Assembly: GCA_017609985.1 (NCBI GenBank)
Contig: JAFCCW010000006.1
Coordinates: 1-41,876 of the forward strand
DNA length: 41,876 nt
Direction of reading: 5' to 3'
Source of the DNA: Candidatus Iainarchaeum sp.
GTDB lineage: Archaea > Iainarchaeota > Iainarchaeia > Iainarchaeales > JAFCCW01
The translations under genes and the position numbers were made by a program. This document shows positions 1-10,064 of the stretch, one piece after another (the first letter of the stretch is position 1; every line of letters begins with the position of its first letter). The notes beneath the pieces were generated by a model. The model made no database searches and was not told the DNA's origin. It saw nothing but the letters and a program-made list of their open reading frames with translations.

Positions 1-3000
1 GACGGCAACTATTCTGATGGAGACTGGCTTGTGGACTTGAATGCAACTGACAATTCCGGAGAGGTTCCGATTGAGTCAATTTCTTCACAACCAGTTAACT
101 CCTTTAACCTTAGCACTGGGCTAATTTCTGCATGGAACTTTGATGAGGGAAGCGGAACAGTAGCATTTGATGCGAACAGAATAGGAGCAAGAAACGGAAC
201 TCTAACAAACGGTCCAGCTTATATTGATTCTCCTTTTGGCACTAATGCGCTGAGCTTTGATGGGGACGATGACTTTGTTTCAGTTTCCAATACCACTGTT
301 TTGAATGATGGCGGTGGATTTGAAGAATTGTCTGTTTCTTTCTGGATTAAAAGCTTTGCTTTTGAATCGCCAGAGGCAGGAGCCTATGTTCTATCCAAAG
401 ATGCTTCCGGAGCTAATACAGGAGATGCGTCTTTTATTTGGGATCACGATACTGTCAGAAACAGTCACTTAATATTTTTTGAACAAGTTCCTAATGTTCA
501 GGTTGGATTTCCCACTTCAGACATGGGCATTGGGAATTGGCAACATGTTGCATTTACAAAAAACAGTTCAGGCATTGGAAAAATATACCTAAATGGTGTT
601 GAAAAGGAAAGCAAAGGAGGGTTTACCGACAATTTATGGGGCAGTTCTACAGATTTGCAAATAGGAAGTGTTCTTGGAGATAGTTTATACAATTTTAATG
701 GTTTAATAGATTCTTTGCAAATTTATAAACGTGTTCTTTCAGCAGATGAAATAAAAGAACTGGCTGGACGCGTGATTGTTGATAATTCTCAGCCGCATTG
801 CTATGTTCCCTCTACGATGATGCGAATCTTGTTGGATTGTGGCGAATGGAGGGAGGAAATCCAGACCAAGATATTTCAATTGTTGACGGCTCAGGCAATG
901 GGAACAACGGGGTGATGCACAATTTCAACTATGATTCAAGCGACGGCTGGGTTAACGGCAGGATAGGCAGAGCATTAAAGTTTGACGGAAGCAATGACTA
1001 TGTTTCCTTATCTTCTTCTCTTACAAATGGGCTTTCTTCCTTCAGTGTCGCTCTTTGGATAAAGACAAGCGAAACAGGAACTTGTGCTAATTACTGGGAA
1101 TGCCCCTGTGTTATGGGTGTTGGGACTGGTGGTTTTGCAAGCAATGATTTTTCAATTTTAACCGATTCTGGAAATCTTTCATGGTATTCTGGCCTGGGAG
1201 CATCAGGCGATAACCAGGAAGTTTTGGGTAAAACAGTTTCTGATGGGGAGTGGCATTTTATTGTAGTATCCAATGATGGAAGCAATCTAGACCTTTATTT
1301 TGATTCGGAAAAAGTTTCTTCTTTTTCCAGCGACGGAAGCGGATTGGATTCACAGCCTTTTTACATTGGGGCAAACAACAACGGAGGTTCACCAAACTAC
1401 TATCATGAAGGGACTATTGACGAGCCAATGGTTTTCTCCCGTGCTTTGAATGCAGCTGAAGTCTATGAGCTTTACAAGACACAGCATGTACGTGATGACG
1501 TGAATGTGTTTGTTTCAACTTATTGTGAGGATGGAGGGAGTGTTGGAATGGCTTGGATGATCAGAATACTTCAATTGTTCAGTTGTTCAATGATGGCAAT
1601 GGATTGTATTCTTTGATTCACCCAATTTCTGCAAGCAATTCTTTGAATGATGGAAATTATGAAGTTTCTCTTGCGCGCGTTTCCGACAGAGCAGGAAACA
1701 GCGGAGCGATTGGAGAGCGAACAGACGACTGGCCATACAACCACTTGCTTTTGTATGCGAGTTTTGATTCGAATGAGACTGTTTCTGGCAGTGTTATTGA
1801 CAAGAATTTTTCACTGGACTGGTCTGATGGTGATGGCAACTATGAGGTTCACGGCGCTGCTCGCAGGGCTGGACGAGACTCAAATGCCTTGTTGTTTGAT
1901 GGCGTGGATGATGAAATAACTTTTACTCTTGCATTGGATAATAAAGTTACTTTTGAATTTTGGCTTTATTATGTGGGGGGTGTAGCTTCTGTTATTAGAG
2001 ATAATACTTCTAGTGATGGCTGGATAATAGGGTGGGATAATTCTGGAACCTGGACATATAGAATCAATGGAACCTCTGTTGGCACTGTTGCCACTAACAC
2101 TCTTATTAATCGATGGTCTCATCATGCACTGACGTTTGATGGAACAAACTCAAATTATTACATTGATGGTATTTTGGTCAAAACAGATAGTTCTGCCAGT
2201 TTTGGAGCTAACATCGCACCATGGCATTTAATGAAAAATGGAACCAGTGCTTCAGGTTATATAAATGGATTACTTGATGAGGTTGCCATCTACGATGTTG
2301 CTCTTGATGGCAATACTATCCTTAATCAGTACAATGCTTTCAAGGTGAATTATTCTGATTCGGAGGATGGCAATTCTATTTACTTGGACAACACTGCTCC
2401 GTCTGCTCCAACGTCTGATGCTAATGTTGAATGGACTGCTAGTGATGGAAACGTTACACTCACAGAGCCCTCAGACAATTCTGGGGTTAAATGCATATAC
2501 AGGCGTGATTCTGATTCTGGTCAGGACACAAACTCGTGGACAGCAATGCTTGGATACGATTCAAATATTTTCTTTCCCTGGCTGGGCAACAATACAGAAT
2601 ATTACAGGCTTGACGCAAACTGTGTTGACGGAGCAGGAAACTGGTCGCCGACACTTTTTGACATAGTTCAGTTAGGGACCGGTCCAAATAAGGCTCCTGA
2701 TGTAAATATTGTTTTGCCAAATGGGAGTGAGACATGGGATATTGAGTCAAATGATTATAATCATTTAATCAAGTTCACGGTTTCCGATGCTGATGGGAAT
2801 CATTTGACTGCGCACTTGTATTATTCGAGTGATGCGAATTCGTTTGAGAATTCAATTATTGATTTAAACCTGCATTGGATTGGTACTGCTGGCAATCAAA
2901 CAGTCGATGCAAACTGTGAAGACAATGACTTCTCCAATTCAACTGAATGCTGGTTTGATGTTAACGTATTCGGTTGGGGTAAGGGTGATTATTTCGTTGA

Positions 3001-5779
3001 TGTGAATGTCTCAGACTCAAGTGACTCAAACGCAGTTGACTCAAGCGACTCAAGCTTTTCAGTGATTATTTCCAGCGCGCTGTGTGGGACAACGATTACT
3101 GGCAATACTACTCTAACCGAGGATATGACTGATTGCACAGGAGATGGTTTAATTATCGGTGCTGATTCGATTACTCTGGATTGTGATGGGTATGGCATAT
3201 ACTCTGATGGTTTGGCTACCAGTGGAGAGAACGGAATTGACATGACTGGTTCTTATAACACAATCACTATCAAGAACTGTGACATCAATGGCTTTTATCG
3301 TGGAATAAACTTTGATGATCGTGGAGCAGACTCAAATATTTACAGATGCAATATTACCTACAACGTCGAGATTGGAGTTCGCTTGGATGATGCGGACAGA
3401 ACTGTTATACAGGACTGCAATATAAGAAACAATGTAAATGACGGGATTTTTGTCACAAGCGCTCCTGATGTAAGCATCTTTGATAACAATGTTTCGGCTA
3501 ACCAAGACAAGGGAATGTACCTGCATATAAGCAGTGACTTCAATATAATGAACAATATTATTGAAGACAATTCAGATGACGGAATCTGGTTGTATGAAAG
3601 TGATGATGCGTACATAAAATCCAATCATTTTTCAGGAAATGGTGGTGTTGGCTTTGAAGCAGCTTACTCTGTTGACAACCTGTTCTTCTCAGACAATAAT
3701 TCAATTGAAAACAATTCAGCAGGATTTAATTCAAGAAATGGTTGTTCAAATTCGACTATTTCCGACAACAATTTTTCTGCAAACACATCTTCAGGGATAT
3801 CTGGTGACGGGTCACAAACCCATGATAATAATTTTTCCAACAACATAATCAAAAACAATGGCTCTTACGGGATTTATTTTACAAATGGTCCAACAGACAA
3901 CAACTTTTACAATGAAATAATTGAAGACAATGATGCTGGATCACAGGGAATCTGGCTACAAGCATATTCTGGGCTGGTGGGAGACAACAGGTTTTTTGAC
4001 TGCAACATCGGAGGGCATACAGACGACTTTTATCTAAAGGGACGATCTGGAGTCAGGGACATGAATTCCTTTTCAATAGGGACAAATTTTACTACTGTGA
4101 ATTTTGGCGATGCAAATGGTTTCCTCTACGTTGGCTGGTGGCTGGATGTGAATGTGGTTGATGGTTCAACTTCTGCTGTGATTGATGGTGCGACTGTTAC
4201 AATAACTGATCAGTATGGTTTGGAGAAATGGTCTGGTTCAACAAATGCGAACGGTGTGATTACAAGACAATATGTATTTGATTACAACCAAAATTCTGAT
4301 GGACAAAACTCCTACTCTCCTTATGATATCAATGTAATCGTAACAGGTTACGACACAAACGGAATGACTGTTTCAATCGACGAGAATAAGGAATTGACAA
4401 TCAGAATGGCTGACCATACTGTGCCTACAATATCTAGTTTAATTCCTGCTGATGGCTCTAGTGTTTCTGCTCAGACAGTTTCCTTCACTGTTTCAGATGC
4501 AGGCAAGGGAGTTGACTCTGGAACAATTTTTGTTAAGTTAGGGGGTGTTGCAAGCTCTGTGTTCAGCTTTGCAACTCATTGCTCTGGCTCGTCTGCTTCC
4601 TATTCCTGTTCTTATACTGAAACAGGGATTGCCACAGGAAGCAATACTTTGACTGTTGATGCTGACGATTCTGCAGGAAATTCTGCTGTACAGGCTTCTT
4701 CTATATTTACATATTCCACTGGCTCTAGTCCTGATGACCCCAATCCTTCGTATGTGTGTGGTGATGGTGGCTGTCAACCAGGAGAAAATTGTTCTAACTG
4801 TCCAATGGACTGTGGAACCTGTTCAACTGGCGGAGGCGGTTCAGGCGGCGGAAGCGGTGGAGAAGGCGCAAGCACGCCAGCAGAGAAACTTGGTTTGGGC
4901 GCATTCTGCAATATTGATTCAGTCTGCGAATCAGGCGACTGCATTAACCACTTCTGCGGAGACTGCTACGACACAAACGATTGTGAACAAGACGAGCAAT
5001 GCACAAACAATGTATGTTCTCAAATTGCAGGAGCCTGTGGTCATGCTATAGGACATGAATGGTTTGAATATGAATGCTGCAGAAACGAGGACTGTGAGGG
5101 CGGCAGAGTTTGCACAGAAAACCATAAATGCGAAATAACTGATGAAAGCATTTTGTATGTAAAGTTTGACCCAGAAAAACCTGTTGAAGGAGAACAATTC
5201 AAAATATTCATTTACCAGACAGGAAATATATTAGTGGAGAACGTAAAAGTTCTAATAGATGATAGAAATTATACTGCAATAAACGGCACTCTCTCAAAAG
5301 TATTGGATGGAGGACTGCACAGAATAGATGTGAACAAGCAGAATTACAAGTCAGACAGCTTTTGGTTCAGAGTATACAAGAAAGCCCAGCTTATAGTTAA
5401 AGCTGAAGCTCCGGAAGTAGGAGACTTTATTCCAATTGTTCTCAGAGATGATGGTGGAAATCCCTTGAAAGAAGTTGAGGTTCTGGTAATCCTGCCAGAT
5501 GGCTCTGAAAGAGTAATGAAAACAAACAAGGAAGGAATTGTTTACATTCAAAGTCAGGTTGCAGGAAAAATTGAAGTAAATCTTCCAAAGTACACTGGAT
5601 ATCTTCCAATTTCTCACGAAATAAATATTTTGGAAACAGGTTCCCTTGGCGGGGGCTTGTCTGAATTCCTTGTTCCGGCGATAGTGCTTTTTTCAGTGCT
5701 GTTATTGCTTGTGGGAATTCAGGTTTTTGGAAAAAGAGGTGGAAAATCTGGACTGGACTTGGTTTCAGATGAAATCTGA
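1..5779 (+). CDS. Very large cell-surface protein, 5'-truncated by the window edge. Three LamG/concanavalin-like domains, Ig-like segments, right-handed beta-helix (NosD/pectin-lyase-like), Cys-rich region, Gly/Ser linker and C-terminal membrane anchor. Split into three ORFs (1-915, 798-1616, 1553-5779) by two -1 frameshifts.
   Basis: Frame 1 is open from base 1 (DGNYSDGDWLVDLNATD). LamG signatures recur (WNFDEGSG...ALSFDGDDDFV...WQHVAFT...YLNG...FNGLIDSLQIY; GLWRME...ALKFDGSNDYV...WHFIV; LLFDGVDD...WSHHALTFDG...GLLDEVAIYD). Also CGDGGCQPGENCSNCPMDC, and a hydrophobic FLVPAIVLFSVLLLLVGIQVF followed by GKRGGK at the C-terminus. Sense continues across CCC 808-810 and GGG 1536-1538 if one base is added at each. 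Confidence 0.8.
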
Positions 5780-5785
5780 CATAGC

Positions 5786-5793
5786 TTTAAATA
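5786..5793 (+). promoter_or_regulatory. TATA box of the trp leader/operon
   Basis: TTTAAATA lies 30 nt upstream of the uORF ATG at 5823, similar to the TATA-to-start spacing of other near-leaderless genes in the window. Confidence 0.7.
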
Positions 5794-5822
5794 AAGTACT
5801 GTTCAAATTATTTCTGAGACCT

Positions 5823-5858
5823 ATGAAAAGAAGGGATTTACTTTGGAACTTTCTCTGA
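5823..5858 (+). CDS. trp leader peptide uORF MKRRDLLWNFL (11 aa, one Trp codon)
   Basis: ATG AAA AGA AGG GAT TTA CTT TGG AAC TTT CTC TGA, directly after the promoter and upstream of trpE. Confidence 0.75.
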   Translation: MKRRDLLWNFL

Positions 5859-5913
5859 TTCTCTAAATAAATCTAGGCTCTCAATTAAAACAAATAGAAG
5901 GGATTTACTTTGG
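5829..5913 (+). repeat. Perfect 18-bp direct repeat AGAAGGGATTTACTTTGG (5829-5846 and 5896-5913)
   Basis: 18/18 identity, period 67 nt (3n+1), unique 49-nt spacer. Confidence 0.97.
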
Positions 5914-5964
5914 CTATTGCCACTCAGATATTGCTCTTTTTACTAATTCAGGACGTGGTCTTAA

Positions 5965-7674
5965 ATGAGTTTAGGCCTTGTTCTGCAGTCAAAGAAGGGA
6001 ACAATTATACCAATAACCAAGACAATTCACGCTCCTGGCTTTAATCCCACAGAGTTCTTTTCAAAAATTTCAGACTATGGGCGAAACAAGGGCTCAATTC
6101 TTCTAGAGTCAGCTGACGTGGTTCCAAAATACGGAGAAAACTCAATTGGGTCTGCTTCTCCCTGTCTAAGTGTTTCAGGAAAAAAGGAAAACTTTGAAAT
6201 AAAATCACTTAACTGCACTGGAAACAGATTTTTAGAATTCATTTCCAAAGATTTTGGATTCTGCAAAAATGTTCAGGTTTCCAAAGAAGAGATTTCTGGA
6301 AAACTGTCACCATGCTCAAAAAATATTTCTGAAGAAGAAAGACTTTTTGAAAAAACCCCTGCTGATGTGCTGAGAGCAATAGCTTTCAAATTTAAACCAA
6401 GCCTCAAACCTTTAACCCCCTATGCTGGTTTGTTTGGAAGAATAAGCTACGACTTTGTTGAACAATTTGAAGAACTTCCTGCTCCGCAAAACAAAGGATT
6501 TGAATATCTTGAAGGATTCAAAAGCTTTGAAGACTTTGACTACGAACTTTACTTTTTTGACAATCTGTTTTCTTACGATCACAAAACAAAACAGTTAACA
6601 TTTGTTTCAAATGCGCTGATAACAAACGGAGACCGGGAAAAAATCTATCAAGACTGCATTAACAAAATTTCAGAATACGAATCTTTTTTCTCAAAAGAAA
6701 AACCTGTTTCCCTAAAACAAGCAATCAAAAACAAAGAAATCTCAACAGACACTTCAAAACAGGAATTTATTAAAGTTGTTGAAAAATGCAAAGAACACAT
6801 TCTCTGCGGAGATGTCTTTCAAATAGTTCCTTCACGTACTGTCTCGCAGGAATTCTCTGCAGAACCGCTTGACATTTACTCAGAACTTAGATCCCTGAAT
6901 CCTTCACCCTATATGTTTTTCATGCACGGAGAAGAAGGAATCCTGCTGGGAAGCAGTCCGGAAATGTGCCTAAGGGTACAGGGCGAGCAAGAAAAAACAG
7001 TGGAAATAAGACCAATTGCGGGAACAAAACCGCGCGGAATAATTGAGGGAAAACCGGATAAGGATCTTGACTCACGCTATGAAGCAGAGCTCAAGGTTGA
7101 CAGAAAAGAGTTAGCAGAGCACACTATGCTGATAGATCTTGCCAGAAATGATATTGCGCGCGTTAGCAAATCAGGAAGCAGGCACGTTGATGAACCATTT
7201 GTTGTAGAAAAATATTCTCACGTCCAGCATTTGGTAAGCAATGTTTCAGGCAAACTCAAACCAGAACTTGACGCAATGCACGCATATCTTTCATCGATGA
7301 ACATGGGAACACTTACTGGAGCTCCAAAATTAATGGCAATGCAACTTCTCCGAAAATATGAAAAAACAAAACGCGGATTTTATGGAGGCTGCATTTGTTA
7401 TCTTACTCCAAGCAAGGACTTTGATTCAGCAATCGCAATCAGAACAATGTTTTTGAAGGACAAAACAGCTTTTGTACGTGCAGGGGCAGGAGTAGTTTTT
7501 GACTCAATTCCTGAACAGGAATTTCTTGAAACAGAGAACAAGATGAAAGCCTGTTTTGAAGCAATCAGGCGAGCGGAAGAAAAGGCAGGCGAAGCAGAAA
7601 AACAAGCAGTTAAGTCAGAAGAAAAACCAGAAAACAAAGCACCCAAGGCAGGGGAAAAAGAGGTGAAAGCATGA
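5965..7674 (+). CDS. trpE: Anthranilate synthase component I
   Basis: LLES and NPSPYM Trp-feedback motifs, GDVFQIVPSR, PIAGT, KELAEHTMLIDLARND, MNMGTLTGAPK, AGAGVVFDS. Confidence 0.97.
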   Translation: MSLGLVLQSKKGTIIPITKTIHAPGFNPTEFFSKISDYGRNKGSILLESADVVPKYGENSIGSASPCLSVSGKKENFEIKSLNCTGNRFLEFISKDFGFCKNVQVSKEEISGKLSPCSKNISEEERLFEKTPADVLRAIAFKFKPSLKPLTPYAGLFGRISYDFVEQFEELPAPQNKGFEYLEGFKSFEDFDYELYFFDNLFSYDHKTKQLTFVSNALITNGDREKIYQDCINKISEYESFFSKEKPVSLKQAIKNKEISTDTSKQEFIKVVEKCKEHILCGDVFQIVPSRTVSQEFSAEPLDIYSELRSLNPSPYMFFMHGEEGILLGSSPEMCLRVQGEQEKTVEIRPIAGTKPRGIIEGKPDKDLDSRYEAELKVDRKELAEHTMLIDLARNDIARVSKSGSRHVDEPFVVEKYSHVQHLVSNVSGKLKPELDAMHAYLSSMNMGTLTGAPKLMAMQLLRKYEKTKRGFYGGCICYLTPSKDFDSAIAIRTMFLKDKTAFVRAGAGVVFDSIPEQEFLETENKMKACFEAIRRAEEKAGEAEKQAVKSEEKPENKAPKAGEKEVKA

Positions 7675-8291
7675 GTGAAAAAAACATCTTGAGTGGAAAG
7701 AATTTGAATGTGTTATTCATAGACAACTTTGATTCCTTTACTTATAATCTTGTTGACGAATTTTCAAAAAAAGGATGTGAAGTAACAGTTTACAGAAGCA
7801 ACACTCCAATAGAAAAACTTGAAAAAATTTCAGAAAAAAACAAAACAGGTCTTGTTGTCATCAGCCCTGGCCCAGCTTCTCCTAAGGAAGCAGGAGCAAG
7901 CATGCCTGCAATTGAATCATTTCTTGGAAAAATTCCTTTGTTTGGAGTTTGCCTCGGTCACCAATGTTCAATAGAAGCATTGGGTGGAGTGGTGGAGAGA
8001 GCTCCAGAAACAATTCATGGAAAACCTTCAAATATTTTCCACGACAACAAAACAATTTTTAAAAATCTGCAAAACCCATTCAGCGCAGGCAGATATCATT
8101 CTCTTTGCGGAACAAAAATTCCAGACTGCTTAGAGGTTTCTGCAAAAACAAACAATGGAATTGTAATGGCGGTAAGGCACAAGGAACATTTTCTTGAAGG
8201 AGTTCAGTTTCATCCTGAAAGTATTCTGACTCCGGAGGGAAGCAAGATAATTGAAAACATAATTGCTCTGGCGGTGGAATTCAATGATTGA
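7671..8291 (+). CDS. trpG: Anthranilate synthase component II (glutamine amidotransferase)
   Basis: IDNFDSFTYNL, ISPGP, GVCLGHQ, RYHSL, QFHPES; ATGA overlap with trpE. Confidence 0.97.
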   Translation: MSEKNILSGKNLNVLFIDNFDSFTYNLVDEFSKKGCEVTVYRSNTPIEKLEKISEKNKTGLVVISPGPASPKEAGASMPAIESFLGKIPLFGVCLGHQCSIEALGGVVERAPETIHGKPSNIFHDNKTIFKNLQNPFSAGRYHSLCGTKIPDCLEVSAKTNNGIVMAVRHKEHFLEGVQFHPESILTPEGSKIIENIIALAVEFND

Positions 8292-9300
8292 AGAGCACAT
8301 AAAAAAGATAGTTGGAGGAAAAAATCTTTCAAGACAGGAAGCAAAGCAGGCATTTTCTGAAATAATGAATGGGGAAGCATCGCCAGTTCAGGTTTCTGCG
8401 CTGCTTGTCGCTCTTAGAATGAAGATTGAATCAATTGAAGAAATTTCCGGAGCAGCAGATGCAATGCGTTCTGTTGTTGCAGAAGTCAAACCAAAAACCA
8501 AGGAGTTATTGCTTGACATTGTGGGTACAGGAGGGGATGAAAAAAATTCATTTAACATAAGCACTGCTTCTGCTTTTGTTGCTGCGGGAGCTGGGTGCAG
8601 AGTAGCAAAACATGGGAATCGTTCTGTTTCAAGCAATTCAGGTTCAGCAGATGTTTTAGAAAAACTTGGAATAAATATTGAATGTTCTGCTTCAAGGAAT
8701 GCAGAAATTATTGATAAGTGCGGGATAGCATTCATGTTCGCTCCCAATCACCACCCTGCAATGAAACATGCAATGCCTGTGCGCAAAGAACTTAGAATAA
8801 AAACAATTTTCAATATTCTTGGGCCCCTCACCAATCCTGCAAAAGCTCAGACAATCTTATTGGGGGTTTATGGAGCAGAGCTTGCAGAAAAGCTTGCTTT
8901 GTCTCTTGCAGGTCTTGAAATAAAAAAAGCACTTGTAGTACGCGGAGTAGACGGCTTTGATGAAATATCTGCCTGCAGTGAGACAACTGTCTTTGAAGTT
9001 TCAGACAAAGAAGTTGAAAAAAAAACTATTTCTCCGAAACAGTTTGGGTTTGAAAGATGCGCTGAAAAAGAACTCCTTGCATCTGATTCAGAGGAATCTG
9101 CAAGGCACATTAAAAATGTTTTATCGGGACAGGACAAAAGTGGAAAACTAACTTCTGTCTTGCTGAATGCTGGGGCGGGAATTTATGCAAATGGAAAAGC
9201 AGAAACAATTTCTGACGGAATAGAGAAAGCAAGGCAGTCAATTATTTCAGGAAATGCTTTGTCAAAAATTGAAATACTTGCGGAGTTGACAAATAAATGA
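8284..9300 (+). CDS. trpD: Anthranilate phosphoribosyltransferase
   Basis: DIVGTGGD, FNIST, KHGNRSVSS, GSADVLE, FNILGPLTNP. Start placed at ATG 8284 (ATGATTGA overlap with the trpG stop, preceded by GGCGGTGG). Confidence 0.96.
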   Translation: MIEEHIKKIVGGKNLSRQEAKQAFSEIMNGEASPVQVSALLVALRMKIESIEEISGAADAMRSVVAEVKPKTKELLLDIVGTGGDEKNSFNISTASAFVAAGAGCRVAKHGNRSVSSNSGSADVLEKLGINIECSASRNAEIIDKCGIAFMFAPNHHPAMKHAMPVRKELRIKTIFNILGPLTNPAKAQTILLGVYGAELAEKLALSLAGLEIKKALVVRGVDGFDEISACSETTVFEVSDKEVEKKTISPKQFGFERCAEKELLASDSEESARHIKNVLSGQDKSGKLTSVLLNAGAGIYANGKAETISDGIEKARQSIISGNALSKIEILAELTNK

Positions 9301-10064
9301 TCCTTGAAGAAATTGCAAGACACAAGAGAGGAGAGATAGTCTGCATGAAAGAGCGTCTTTCAGACAATCCATTTAATGGAAACCTTGAGAAGAGCAACAG
9401 GTCTTTTCTTGAAGCAATAAAGGGAAAATCCAGCGTGTCTCTTATCGCTGAAATAAAAAGAGCTTCTCCGAGCAAGGGGCTTATTCGAGAAAACCTTGAT
9501 GTAAAATATGTTTCAGGACTTTACAATAAATATGCGGATGCAATATCTGTTGTAACTGATGAACTGTTTTTTGCAGGGCATCCAAGTCTTGTGAAGAGTG
9601 CGAAACTATATTCTCAAAATCCAGTTCTTAGAAAAGACTTTCTTGTAGATGAGCTACAGATAAAAGAGTCAAGATTTTTAGGAGCTGATGCTGTTTTGTT
9701 GATTGCTTCTCTTTTGTCAGCAGACGAAATAGCAAGATTTATTGACACTGCCAGCTTTTATGAAATGGATTGTTTAGTGGAAGTTCACAACAGGCAAGAG
9801 CTTGAAAAAGCTGTCTCCGCAGGCTCGAAAATAATAGGCATTAACAATCGGGATCTTCAAACATTTAAGGTTGATGTTTCAACAACAACCAAGCTGGCTG
9901 GACTTGTTCCGTCTGAAAAAATCCTTGTAAGTGAGAGTGGTTTTTCTTCAAGGCAGGAAATAGACAAGATGCAGGGAATTGCTGATGCTGTGCTGGTTGG
10001 CACAAGCTTGATGGAATCTGAAGATCTGGAAAAAAAATTAATGGAGTTGTCAAACAATGACTGA
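9297..10064 (+). CDS. trpC: Indole-3-glycerol phosphate synthase
   Basis: IAEIKRASPSKG, LRKDF, GADAVLLI, LVEVH, GINNRDL, SESG. Confidence 0.97.
   Translation: MILEEIARHKRGEIVCMKERLSDNPFNGNLEKSNRSFLEAIKGKSSVSLIAEIKRASPSKGLIRENLDVKYVSGLYNKYADAISVVTDELFFAGHPSLVKSAKLYSQNPVLRKDFLVDELQIKESRFLGADAVLLIASLLSADEIARFIDTASFYEMDCLVEVHNRQELEKAVSAGSKIIGINNRDLQTFKVDVSTTTKLAGLVPSEKILVSESGFSSRQEIDKMQGIADAVLVGTSLMESEDLEKKLMELSNND

Larger units (their letters stand above)
5823..5968 (+). promoter_or_regulatory. Candidate Trp-sensing leader with two +1 ribosomal frameshift cassettes, coupled to trpE
   Basis: A +1 shift at CTT-TGG 5841-5846 enters an open frame that reads the second cassette in frame. A +1 shift at CTT-TGG 5908-5913 enters an open frame ending at TGA 5966-5968, which overlaps trpE ATG 5965-5967. 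Confidence 0.7.

Noticed and set aside
786-1616. Programmed -1 frameshifting in the surface protein
   Set aside because: No slippery heptamer or obvious stimulatory structure; single-base loss in short homopolymers explains both breaks.
5829-5913. 18-bp direct repeat as a mini-CRISPR or plain repressor operator
   Set aside because: Only two short copies and no cas genes. It is non-palindromic, lies downstream of the promoter, and both copies fall in register with the translation path. An operator role is not formally excluded.
5823-5964. Classical terminator/antiterminator attenuator
   Set aside because: No strong GC hairpin followed by a U-run is visible, and there are no tandem Trp codons.
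8263-8283. Trp-containing N-terminal extensions on TrpD (MLWRWNS) and TrpB (MRWQR, 10688) in the ORF track
   Set aside because: Artefacts of upstream TTG starts; the TGG codons come from SD-like GGTGG sequences in front of the real ATGs.
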